Positions 23,008-33,614 of a DNA stretch of 33,944 nt are shown here, piece by piece. Source of the stretch: Perkinsela sp. CCAP 1560/9 (lineage: Eukaryota > Protista > Euglenozoa: Kinetoplastea); NCBI GenBank assembly GCA_965644495.1, contig CBFFSA010000068.1, forward strand, positions 1-33,944, read 5' to 3'. The notes below the pieces were generated by a model that was given only the letters and a program-made list of their open reading frames with translations, was not told the origin of the DNA and searched no databases. A program made the position numbers and the translations under genes. Position 1 is the stretch's first letter, and every line of letters starts with the position of its first letter.

Positions 23008-25276
23008 ATGAAGATGTTTGTTTCTTTTCTCATGGATCTTTTTTCTTTCTGAAAATCGACAAAACCAGATGCCCAGCCTGTACGTTCGAAAATCATGGGG
23101 CCTTGCGGGAATGTGAAATGTGTGGAGGTTCCCTCGATCCTGGACCCCCACAAGATCCCTTTTCATCCTCAAGGTCTTTTCTCTCTTTCTCTCTTTCCAC
23201 AAATCGCAAAAAGAAAAGAATCAAAACAATTGATGCCCGTGTGTAGTAGCAGTTTGTATCCGCAAGTGAACGAACAACAAAAGAAAATCTGTGAGGAAGA
23301 ATTGTACCCACAATTGGATCAACAGAAAGATCCACAAAGAGAAAGTTCTCCCATATTTATTCCTCCTGATCAAAGCAGCGACAAGGTTGATGAAAGAGAA
23401 ATATTGCTTGATGACTTTGAAGGACTCAATCTTGGTGAAGAAGAAAAAGAACCAACAATTAATCCAGAGTTTGATCCAGAATTTAATCTTGCTGATCACC
23501 TAGACAATCAATTTGCATTTCCTGAAGAGGGAGGAGCATTTGAATCAGATTATAAAGTGGGTGGACTGAGTAGTGGGGACCTTCCAGGAATCGAACAAAT
23601 TGACAGATTATTCTTGGAGGCTTTATTGGGTGATATGATGGGTGCTTCTAGTAGTAATATTTATTGTGGGAAATGCTCTCAACATCTCTCAGGTAAAGCA
23701 GTCAATATCTCTGGAGTTGCGTATCATCTTGATTGCGCAATTTGTGCTGGGTGTTCTCTCCCTCTCTCTCATTCTCCCCAACTTTCAGGAAATGATCGAA
23801 TATGTAGGTTTTTCGATCTTCTCTTTTTTTTTGATTTCTTTTGAAACAAATCTTCAAAAAAGGTGTTTCAAAAGGGGAGCCTTATCACCGAGCATGTTAC
23901 ACCGAGATTTTTGTTCCAAATTGTGCTTATTGTAGTCAAAAAGTAGGCCGTTCCTACCTTCTAACTCCTTTTTGGAAAGAGGTCTTTTTCTTTCTTTTTT
24001 TTCAACCTTTCTCATCCTTTTCCTTTTTATTGAAATAAGAATTATTGAAGCTGGTTTGCCGGGAACATGCTGGCTTTTTTCCGAGATGCCACAACTGTCG
24101 TCGTGTTATCCCACTGGTTCTTCCACTCCCATTTCTTCTTTTTTTTTCCTTCATAAATCCCATCTCTCTTTTGAAAATGTTAAACAGAAAGAAGACCCAG
24201 TACAAATTGAACCGAATAGACTGAGTTGTTCAGAGTGCCTCACAACGGCTATTCTTTCTCAAAAAAAATTAAATCCAATTGTGACAGAAGTCAGACAATT
24301 TTATAAGTCCCTTGGGGTTCCACTGAAACATAAGTTTCCTGTTTATCTTGTAGACCGAAACCGTCTTGTTCGGGTCTGCTCAAATAGTCTCTCTCTCTTT
24401 TTTTTCTTTTTTTCTATTTTTCCTTCGAAGTGTGTGCCACTCACATGTTAAACTACTTCAGGACGGGGACCGAAGATCTGCCATGAAGATGACATCCGAG
24501 GAATTTGTATATGGACTGAATCGTTGGTTCCAGGACTTCATGTAAGCGTCCAATCTGTTATGGCCCTTGTGGGCTTTCCATATGAACAAACTGGAGGTTT
24601 TTCAAAAACTTTCTTTCATGATACTAAAAAAAAAAAGTGCCTCTCACAGGAAATTAAACTGCAATGATTCATTCTCTTTTTGAAACAGCGATACTTGCAC
24701 ACGAATTCATGCATGCCTACTTCAGAATGAATGGGTTTCGTGGATTACCCCCGCACGTAGAAGAAGGAATTTGTAATGTTATCGGCTTTTTGTGGCTTGT
24801 TCGAAATTTTGATGGAGCAAGTTCTTCTTTCGTTTACAAGGTTTGCCACAAGATATTTCTTCATTGACTGACCAAAATTGTTTCAAATTCTTAAATCACA
24901 ACCAGCTCTTGTTTTCTTTTTTGAGTGTTTTTTTAAGAAATAATCACAGGATAAATCAACACCTACTGGATTTGAGTCACTTCGGAAGATGTTTCGAAGA
25001 CCCACATCTCCATCTTCTTCTTCTTCTTCTTCCTCTTCTTCCTCTTCTTCTTCCTCTTCCTCCTCTTCCTCCTCTTCCTCTCCCCCAGATGAATTGCAAT
25101 CAAGAAGTTACGGAGCAAATTATCCACCGATCATCCAATTTTACATTCAGCAATACGAATCAAATCCTGACCCAGCCTATGGAGAAGGGTTTCGAATGGG
25201 AGTGGAATCTTGTCTCAAATATGGTCTCCAGTTTGTTCTCAAACATGTCAAAAAAGAACGAGCTTTTCCAATGTGA
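23008..25276 (+). CDS. DA1-family zinc metallopeptidase with N-terminal NZF/RanBP2-type finger, LIM and LIM-like domains; about 9 exons
   Basis: MKI|[18 protein letters not shown]; LIM CGKC...[11 protein letters not shown]...PYHRAC; CAYC...PFW...CREH...RCHNC...LSCSEC; IRGIC; [31 protein letters not shown] (HExxH plus EEGIC); C-terminal DPAYGEGFR. All are DA1 hallmarks. Confidence 0.9.
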
Positions 25277-25375
25277 TAAAGGAGAAGGCATTTGCATCAC
25301 AGGAGCAACTGGTTGAATGAAAGCAGCTTGAACTTGACCGATTCTGGTCAAGCGAAACCAAGAAGCAAAATCAAT
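25275..25375 (-). pseudogene. Internal fragment of a paralog of the 21815..22717 gene
   Basis: RLTRIGQVQAAFIQPVAPVMQ versus RLTRMGQVQAVLIQPAAPVMQ (about 22343-22445). No start or remainder of the gene adjoins it. Confidence 0.78.
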
Positions 25376-25439
25376 TTTCCTCTTTGATGCTTCCCTTCTA
25401 AGAAATTCAAGAAAAAAAAAGGAAAATAAAATTAATAAC

Positions 25440-26720
25440 TTATTTTTTTGAAATTTTGTGATCCCCTTTCAACTTCTTCCAACCAAACAGGCACCCGGAC
25501 AACAACACAATAATCAAAAGGCTCACCCACGAGAAGATCCAATCTTTTATCAGAGATGGGTGATCTGGATAGAGATGCAGGTCAGGACGAAATTCCTTAA
25601 TAGCCCACTCCCACAACTCCATGTCCAATTTCGTCAAATTCGAGACGAGAGACAACTCTTCACTCGAACAAGTTAAAAGCCATCGCTTCACTTTGTGTTC
25701 AGGACCAAGGAAGAACGAACCCAACCACATGGCAAAATACAATAAAAAGGGAGAATTGATGGAATGTTTTAATTTTTCGCGGAAGCGGACCAGATCAATG
25801 TGCATGTCCTCAAAGAAACCAACCATTTCCATCTCTTTCAGGGCTACTTTCGCCCTCTCCAAAGCTTCACGACCAGAAAATGTAGTGCGATTTCGAAAAT
25901 ACATGTATCCACCAAGCTGCCAAACCATGCTGTTGAGGAAGTAGGTTTGGAGGAAAGCTTTTCTTCCCTTGTTTTGATTCCACTCACTGCTGATGTTGAA
26001 GAACTCAGGCCGAGAGACTGTGCCCGATTTCACTGCGATACTGCCCAATCGGACCAACAACTCATAAAACGACAAAATCCTCTCCATCGGGTGTCTCAAG
26101 AAAGTGAAAGAACGAACACCACGATGAGGAATAGCTTTCTTGATGTTTTCAAGGTCTAAATTAGAGAACATGCCTTTGATGATGGAGGCGCGTTCCAGAG
26201 AGAACTCCTCCCCATCATCGGAAGATAAACTCCTATCGAGCCGTTTCTGAATATCTATTCTTTCGTTTTCAGCCAAGAGCCTCGCCCATGTTTGGTTGCC
26301 TTTCTTTCGTTTCATTATTTTCATCAGCTGGGCCCTCTTCTTACTCACCTTCCGCGAAGAACAAAGAAGAGGACAGGGAGGCTTGCAAGAATAAGCAGAT
26401 TCCTTAAACTCGATATAACTCAATCGCGTTAAGTCAGCATCAACTTGGTTGAACATGGTGGTCTTCATCGAATCAAACGCAGTTCTTGGGATATGGACCA
26501 TGATCAATAAATCCGTTTCTGTCCCATTTTGGGGGATCTGTCTTGCTGATTTCGCCCATTTCTGGAGTAAGTGGTGGGGGTTGTTCTTCCAACCCCCCAA
26601 CGAGTCTTTCTTGAACAAGAGGTACTCGATCTGCTTTTGAAGGAATCCAAAAGTCGAAAAAACCAAAATGAGAACCACAACAGCCAAACACACACGGGTG
26701 AGACGTTTGGTCTTTTCCAT
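25440..26720 (-). CDS. Golgi-type membrane sulfotransferase (Sulfotransfer_2-like), single exon
   Basis: N-terminal TM anchor, 5'-PSB-like HIPRTAFDS, 3'-PB-like TFLRHPMERILSFY, VGFFED, NLTKLDMELWEWA, and an extra C-terminal hydrophobic segment. Confidence 0.8.
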   Translation of the reverse strand: MEKTKRLTRVCLAVVVLILVFSTFGFLQKQIEYLLFKKDSLGGWKNNPHHLLQKWAKSARQIPQNGTETDLLIMVHIPRTAFDSMKTTMFNQVDADLTRLSYIEFKESAYSCKPPCPLLCSSRKVSKKRAQLMKIMKRKKGNQTWARLLAENERIDIQKRLDRSLSSDDGEEFSLERASIIKGMFSNLDLENIKKAIPHRGVRSFTFLRHPMERILSFYELLVRLGSIAVKSGTVSRPEFFNISSEWNQNKGRKAFLQTYFLNSMVWQLGGYMYFRNRTTFSGREALERAKVALKEMEMVGFFEDMHIDLVRFREKLKHSINSPFLLYFAMWLGSFFLGPEHKVKRWLLTCSSEELSLVSNLTKLDMELWEWAIKEFRPDLHLYPDHPSLIKDWIFSWVSLLIIVLLSGCLFGWKKLKGDHKISKK

Positions 26721-26973
26721 TCTTTGGGCGGTGCAGCGAAACTAGAAGATGAAATGGAAACCCAGGGTTCTGCACAACCAAACTGAGCCCGAGGAACACA
26801 ACAACAACACAATTTACGACACAAAAGAAAAGAGTACACAAAAAAAAGATCGAAAAACAGAGCCGAAAAAAACGAAACAGTTTTTTTTCGTTTTTTTCTC
26901 TCGAGGGGCAAGTGGCCATTTTGCCTTTGTTTCTCGACACAAATGTGTTGAAGTTGTGGTCTGACGGGCTCAA

Positions 26974-28819
26974 ATGAGTAGGAGAGCAAAGAAGAAAGTT
27001 GACTACTCCAATTTTTTTAAGTTTGTGGTTTTTGTTTGCTCATCAAGTGAAGAGAAAATTGATAATCCCTTGTTTTTTTAGAGCTGAGGATGAGGACGAC
27101 GAGTCAGAATATGTTTCTGCACCAAGAAAATCTTCAAAAAAAAAGAGCGCTCCCCCTACAGTTATTATCATCGACTCAAGTGATGAAGATAATGACATCT
27201 TTGTTGAATCCCAATTTGCGGATGACAAACTCGAAAAGCCGAAGAAAAAGTTGAAACGTCAAGACAAAACCCCAAGACAAAGAAGAGGTGTTTCAGAGAT
27301 CCCATCATTGCCCTTGAAAAAACTCCGAGCACCATCACTCTTGCGACTTTCACAAATTTGTAAGGACTCCAAATCCCAGCCTTCACAAAGTTCTGGGCCA
27401 TCCTCACAACGATCACAAACGCCCTCACAACGATCACAAACGCCCTCACAACGATCACAAACATCCTCACACCGATCACAGATACCCTCACAAGGATCAC
27501 AAACACCTTCACAGCGATCACAAACATCCTCACAAGGATCACAATCACAAGGATCACAAACATCCTCACAAGGATCACAAACATCCTCACAAGGATCACA
27601 AACATCCTCACAAGGATCACAAACATCCTCACAAGGATCACAAACATCCTCACAAGGATCACAAACATCTTCTCAATTCTCACAAACATCCTCGCAACTA
27701 TCACAAACATCTTCTCAATTCTCACAACCATCTTCTCAACTCTCACAACCATCCTCACAACGATCACAAATATCTTCTCAGCTCTCACAAACATCCTCAC
27801 AACGATCACTAACACCTTCACAGCCAACGCGACTGCCTTCACAATCATCACAAGATTCTCAAAAATCTGGGTCTTCTTCGCCTTCCAAGCCCCCAAGCTT
27901 TTCTGAAATAGAGTCTTCTCAGTCCCAAGAGGTCACTTCTCTTTCTCATGTTCCTTCCTGTGTTCCCTCTAATGAAGGAGAAGATTTTGATTTGGTACCC
28001 CTTCAAACACAACCTTCATTTGTTTGTTCGTCTTCACCATCTCCTTCACAGTCTCCACAATCCTCGATGGAACGCTCCTTGATTGTTGTTCCTGCCCAGA
28101 CTTCAAACGAAAGCCCAAAGCAACCTCAATCCAATGGAACAGGATCTTCACCCACAAAACAAATCCTCCATCACGAAAACCTCTCGCAAACTCTTCGAAA
28201 TATCTCCCCAATCGATTTCGGTCTCAATTCTTCTTTCGAAATTGATGAAGAATCAGCCAAACAACCCAAAAAGGAGAGAAAGTTAAAAGGAGCCAAAACG
28301 AAAAAAAAGCGAACCAGCACATTGGCACTTGACACTCCACCTCACGCCGACGTTTCTCAACCTAAACTTAAGAAAAAAGAAAAACCACAACCAAAAACAA
28401 AAACAAAAGGCACATCTCTCCCTCCAGAAACTACCACCACCTCCTCTCCACCGCAGATCAAAACCAAACTAAAAAAGGCATTACCCAAATCATCTCTACC
28501 ACCCAAATCATCTCCACCACCCAAATCATCTCTACCACCCAAATTATCTCCACCACCCAAATTATCTCAATCACCCAAATTTTCTCAATCACCCCCACCA
28601 AACCCAGAACCAGAACCAAGAAAACGAAAAGAGTTTTCAGGTGAAGGGTGTTTCTCATTTTTTTTTTACAAAAATATCAATATCATTTCTTCTTTTTTCT
28701 AATTTTTTTTTTTTGTTTTTGAAGGCTTGGCTGAAACCAATGGCCCTACACAGTCAAAACGAATTCGAATTGGTTTGTCCCGAAGTGCTCGAGTTGCTCC
28801 TTTGCATCCTAAAATTTGA
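26974..28819 (+). CDS. RAD51AP1/NUCKS-like disordered nuclear protein with SQ cluster; join(26974..27020,27083..28640 or 28649,28725..28819)
   Basis: N-terminus MSRRAKKKVDYSNFFKAEDEDDE resembles the RAD51AP1/NUCKS K-x-V-[DN]-YSQF-acidic motif. The last exon gives KRIRIGLSRSARVAPLHPKI*, matching the RAD51-interacting motif LRLGLSR..RVKPLHP. Confidence 0.72.
27401..27810 (+). repeat. Coding 21-bp minisatellite (TCCTCACAAGGATCACAAACA; SSQGSQT)
   Basis: About 19 imperfect tandem units in frame. Confidence 0.92.
28481..28592 (+). repeat. Coding 18-bp tandem repeat (PKSSLP/PKLSPP)
   Basis: About 6 units of CCACCCAAATCATCTCTA-like sequence. Confidence 0.85.
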
Positions 28820-29340
28820 GCCTCGATCCGAGAAGATCCAACCGAGGTTCATCATAAACTCTGATTCCCCCAAACAAAAAGATGAATAAAATTTTTGAGA
28901 AATCGCAAAAAATAAAAAAATAAAAAACTGAAAAAACAGTTTCTCTTGAGCAATTCGATCACCTTTTGGATTTATTTTGTCTTCTCAGTTAATCACTAAT
29001 AATCAACACGATTGGTCCAGAATGGTGAAATGAAAAAGACATCAAAAGAAAGTAAAAAGAGAAACACAGAGCGCTTTCAGCAACGACAACCCACCCCCGT
29101 TTTCTCTGCACACCTGGCGGACAGCCTGACCCCCAATCATCATCGAGTCAAAGATGTTGTAACACATTGACAATGGGTCTCAGCAAAGAAACGCACATGT
29201 ATGAGAGAGAGAGGTTTTGTGTGAGGCGTTCATCAAACACGCAAATCACAGAGAATCACACATCTCTTCATCCACAGAATTTACACCCACTGTGCCACAG
29301 AAGAGGTTTTGAGTGAGAACAGAGATGAGAGAGATCTTTC

Positions 29341-32300
29341 TCATTTGTATTCTTGAGTGGATCGGAACGATTGGGTCGTCGGTGCCCCATAGCCGCCATC
29401 CTGAGTCGATGGCCCAAACCCTTCTTGGGTTGAAGGTCCAAATCCTCCCTGAGTCACTGGCCCAAAACCGTCCTGTGTTGAGCTGGCTCCGTCATAACCA
29501 CCTCCATATCCCTCTTGTGTTGAAGGCCCATACCCGTCTTGTGAGGCTGGTGGATTCGCTTCGGTGTCTGGCTTCCTTTGGTTTCCTCCTCCATTCCCAT
29601 TTCGATCAGAAGAGTAGGGACCGCCGGGGTAACCGCGAGCTCCAACTCCCATTGGAGATGGTCCACTTTGAGGGTGAGGACCCCTCGGAGGCCAAGCCTG
29701 GGAAATTTTTCCATTAAGATAGTCAGGCAAAGGTGGCATTGGGTAGACATGGTGAGGGGACAGGAAAGGAGCTCCACGATTTGCTAAAGCTTTCATCGTA
29801 TTTGGGTGAATGAAACCTCCAGAAGCCGCTCCAGCAGCAGCAGCAGCATGGGGATCTCTTTGCCAGGGTCGACCTTGAGCATCTTTGTTGGGGTCAGGAT
29901 GATACTGTGGAGTAGGTGCCACAAAATTTGGAGGTCCAGGGACGAGGGTACCAGGACCTGACATTCTAGTATCATAAGTTGCAAGAACATCACGAGCGTC
30001 ATAACGGGCACCCGCAATAAAACGTTGGTCAGGGTAATACTTTTGTGGTTTGCGAAATTGGATACTGCTCTGTTTGAGATTGCTCAATGGTCCTTCAACC
30101 AGACATTCTCCCTCCTTAAAATGAACTAAAAGATTATTCCAGAGTGGTTGTTTGGCCAAAACTTTCGGATTCCCAAGAATGACAACCCCATACTTTGCTC
30201 GAGTTAAAGCGACATTGAGACGACGAGGGTCGTTCAAAAACCCAATCCCCTGTTTTTCATTGCTTCGCACGCAGGACAAAATGATATAATCTTTCTCTCG
30301 GCCCTGGAATGAATCAACAGAAGCAACCTCGAGTTCAGTGTATAATTGAGTTCGAAGAGATCCTGCACGTTGCATATAACTCACAAGGTGTGATCTCTGC
30401 CCTTCGTAAGGCGTAATAACTCCAATTTGTGAAGGGTTAACTCCTGCTTTCAAAAATTGGGTTACAATTTTTTCGCAGATAGTTGCCTCCCACCGATTCA
30501 GGTATGACGTCCCAGAAGAACTAATCTCTTCTTGTCCTATGCAATTGTAAAAGAACATCGGGCGAGTATCAGATGGCCAAGGAAAATCTAAGCCTTTTTG
30601 AGTTCGTTCTTCCATCGTTACACCATTCTGAAGGGTACCCTCATAAAAAGTATTGGAAGGAAACTCAGATAAGCAAGGGTGCATTCGATATTGAACTTGC
30701 AAACGGATTGGTCGGATTCCCAAATGAACCAACCGTTCAAACAAAGATTGGGACAATCCTGCTTTTGCTGCTTTTTTGCACATCACTACCGGTCCTAATT
30801 GGCAGTGATCTCCAACAAAAACGACTTGACGAGCCCCCAAAACAAGGGGCATGAGGCCTTCAGGTTCTGTCGCTTGGGTTGACTCATCGACAAGGACCTG
30901 TCTAAATCGAAAACTTTGCAATCGAGGATCTCCAGCTCCGACACAAGTACAAGCAATGACTTGAGCATTGTGAAGAATCTCTCTTTCCGTTGCTCGCTTG
31001 AGTTGGAGGTATTTCTTTTCGTCAGCAGAAGACAATTCTCCTTGCTCATCCTTGAGTTGCTGCAATTTTCTCAATTCAGCCTTATCTGGTGTATCCAAAT
31101 GACGAACTTGGTAGTGAAGAGTCAAGGGTTCGACAAGAGATCCAACTGCTTCCCGGCTCTTCGCACACAATCGGACCACACGAAGTCCAGTTGCATGGAT
31201 TTTCTCTGTCAGTTGATCGACTGCAACATTAGAAGGAGCGCAGACCAAAGTTTGTCCGTGATTGATCTTTGCGAGATGATACACGATTGTAGCAGAAGTG
31301 ACAGTTTTTCCTGTTTTTTTTTAAAAAAATTATTTGATGGAAGAAAAAAAAAAGGGAAGGAAAAAAAAATCTTTTCTTTTCTTTTTTTTCTCTCTGCCTC
31401 CTTGTCTTTTCTTTTCTTTTCTTTTCTTTCTGTTTTTATTTTTGAAGAAAATCTCAAAACCTGTTCCTGGGGGTCCCTGAATAAGGCTGAGGCTCTTTTG
31501 GAGGACACTCTTGACTGCAGAAATCTGAGAATGATTGAGAGCAGGCAAGCCAGGAGCTGAGAATTTTTTGGGAAGAGTAACACGAATTTCTGGTTCTTCA
31601 GTATCACAAAATCCAAGGAGTTGGCGATATAAATAGGGACTGACTGATTTTTCATCAAGAGCAAAGCTTCGCATTGCTGCTTGCATTCGATCAAATGAAG
31701 TGGATTTCCAAACAAAGTCAATTGAATACCCATGTCCAATATCTGTTGGGACACCAGCATTATTACGTAACTCGAGAGCGACCTCCCCATTGACAATTCG
31801 AATCACATGACCAACGCAAGACCAAGGAGAATGAGTAATATCACCAGCGTGTCTCAAACGAAGTTCATCACCAGGAACCAAGCGGAGTTCTTGGTCTGTA
31901 TTTGTGAGAATAAAGTGAGCGATCCGCTTTTTGTTAAGACCCATATCCCAACGAACTGTAACATTCGTTTGAGTCAAGGATTCTTTCATTTTCTTATCGT
32001 AATCTGCCTCGAGTTTCACAAGTGGTCCAAAGATATTCTGGTATTGGAAAGCATCTTCATATCGCATCAAGACAGGATGGGGTTCATCATCAACGCCTGG
32101 TTTCTCCAAGTCTTCTAAAGTTGAACCAGGATCTTCTTTCCAGAGCTCCTCCAATTTGTTGATTTGTTGAGCGGTAACTCTCCTCGAATGCATTTGTTCC
32201 TCTTCAGTTGGAACCTTGACGAGCCATGGCAAGAAAGACCGGTCCTTGATCAACGGCATCCATTGTTTCAAGTCCCAATCCATATCTTTCAATTCTTTCG

Positions 32301-33210
32301 AGGCAGCACAAGGCTCACGACACAAAAGTACGACAACTGACTCAGTCTTTGCAGGGATAAATCCCAAAAGAAAAACGTTTCGACATCCACAGTTATAACA
32401 CTCCAAGATTGTGTCACCAAGAGGAGAATCAGCATGTAATTGCACCTCTTTGTGTTTCGCTCTCACTAAGTGATTGATGATATGAGAACCAGAAGTACTT
32501 CCTCGGTTATTACAAAACCATTTCCGGCAAGACCCAACATTGCATCGAACAACACAAGATGGATTATGAATCCCACAATAGCTACAAGCGTGTTTTGGTA
32601 ATTCTTTTGGTTGAAGTAATTCTTCACGCATAAAATCTTCTGCTTCAAGAAAAGGTTCTTCAAACGTAAGCTCTCCACCTTTTGAATAAGATTTGAACAT
32701 CAGTTTTTTGGGGGGGGCTTGAAAGAAGATAAAAATATACTTTCATTTTTTTTTTAACAAAAAATGTTTGAAAAAAAAAAAATGGAATCAAAATATATTT
32801 GAAAAAAAAATACCATCTTGAGACTGTGTTCGTGTATCGATTGATAATCCACCAACACCATCAGCTAAACTGGAAGGTAAAGACATCACTTCAGAAGCAC
32901 TCTGAGAAGCACCTTGGCTACTTGGTTGTGAGGTAAAAGCATAGGCGCCTTCCATTCCCATACCACCAACACCCATACCCATTCCCATTCCCATCTCTAC
33001 TCCTAAAGTTGAACTTCCATCTTGCGAAGAACCAGTGAAACCAGGATAGTCCAAATCATTTCCTTGGGTTGAAGGAGAAAAGTCGCAATCCAAAAAGCTC
33101 AAGTCTTGTGTTCCTCCACTTCCAAAGTATCCTTCTTCTCCTCCCTCTCCTTGAGACCGTGGATGGACAACATCCACACTCCCTTCTTGTGACAAAGGTG
33201 CTTGACTCAT
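29341..33210 (-). CDS. UPF1: Regulator of nonsense transcripts 1 (UPF1 helicase); 3 exons
   Basis: CH domain ([12 protein letters not shown]...KWFCN...[16 protein letters not shown]), GPPGTG|KT split by an intron, [52 protein letters not shown]; SQ/TQ-rich termini. Confidence 0.98.
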
Positions 33211-33614
33211 CTTTTGAAAGAAAACAAAGACACACGAGAAGAGAGAGAGAAAAGGAGCGGTTTTGGGTTCTCGAAGGAAAAAAAAAATGGAAAATCAAAA
33301 GAGGAAAGAGCGAAAAGGATCAAGAGTGTGAGGGGTGAGTAACAAAAAGGAAGGTGTTGTGTGGGGAGGAGGAAAGAAAGAAGTGTTTGTGTAGGGTTTG
33401 AGAGTGTAGAGAAGATGTTTCACGAGGCTGGAGAAGAAGAAGAAAGAAAACAAACGCCGTTTCCAAAAAAAAAAAAACGCCGAAAAAAAACAAAGGCCAG
33501 TGATTTAGAGCACTAAAAAATAGCCACTCGCACATTTTTCCGTTTTTTTGTTTCTTTTTTGTCCGTTTCTTGTTGTTGAAAAAAAAAGGAGAGATAGATT
33601 TTTTTGTGTGAGTT

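Noticed and set aside
24039-24050. Apparent in-frame TGA in the DA1 gene if the first AG is used as acceptor (possible recoding or selenocysteine)
   Set aside because: The downstream acceptor GAAG|CTG gives a clean frame (ELVCREH). No gene here needs stop-codon reassignment.
27401-27810. Regular repeats that might suggest a CRISPR array
   Set aside because: Head-to-tail coding repeats with no unique spacers, in a eukaryotic context with no cas genes.
27168-27896. 242-aa minus-strand ORF with MFVILVR repeats
   Set aside because: Antisense shadow of the SQ minisatellite.
28641-28889. ORF-track frame (AWLKPMALHSQ...) as last exon of the SQ-rich gene
   Set aside because: The alternative frame fits phase-1 donors and yields the RAD51-interacting motif.
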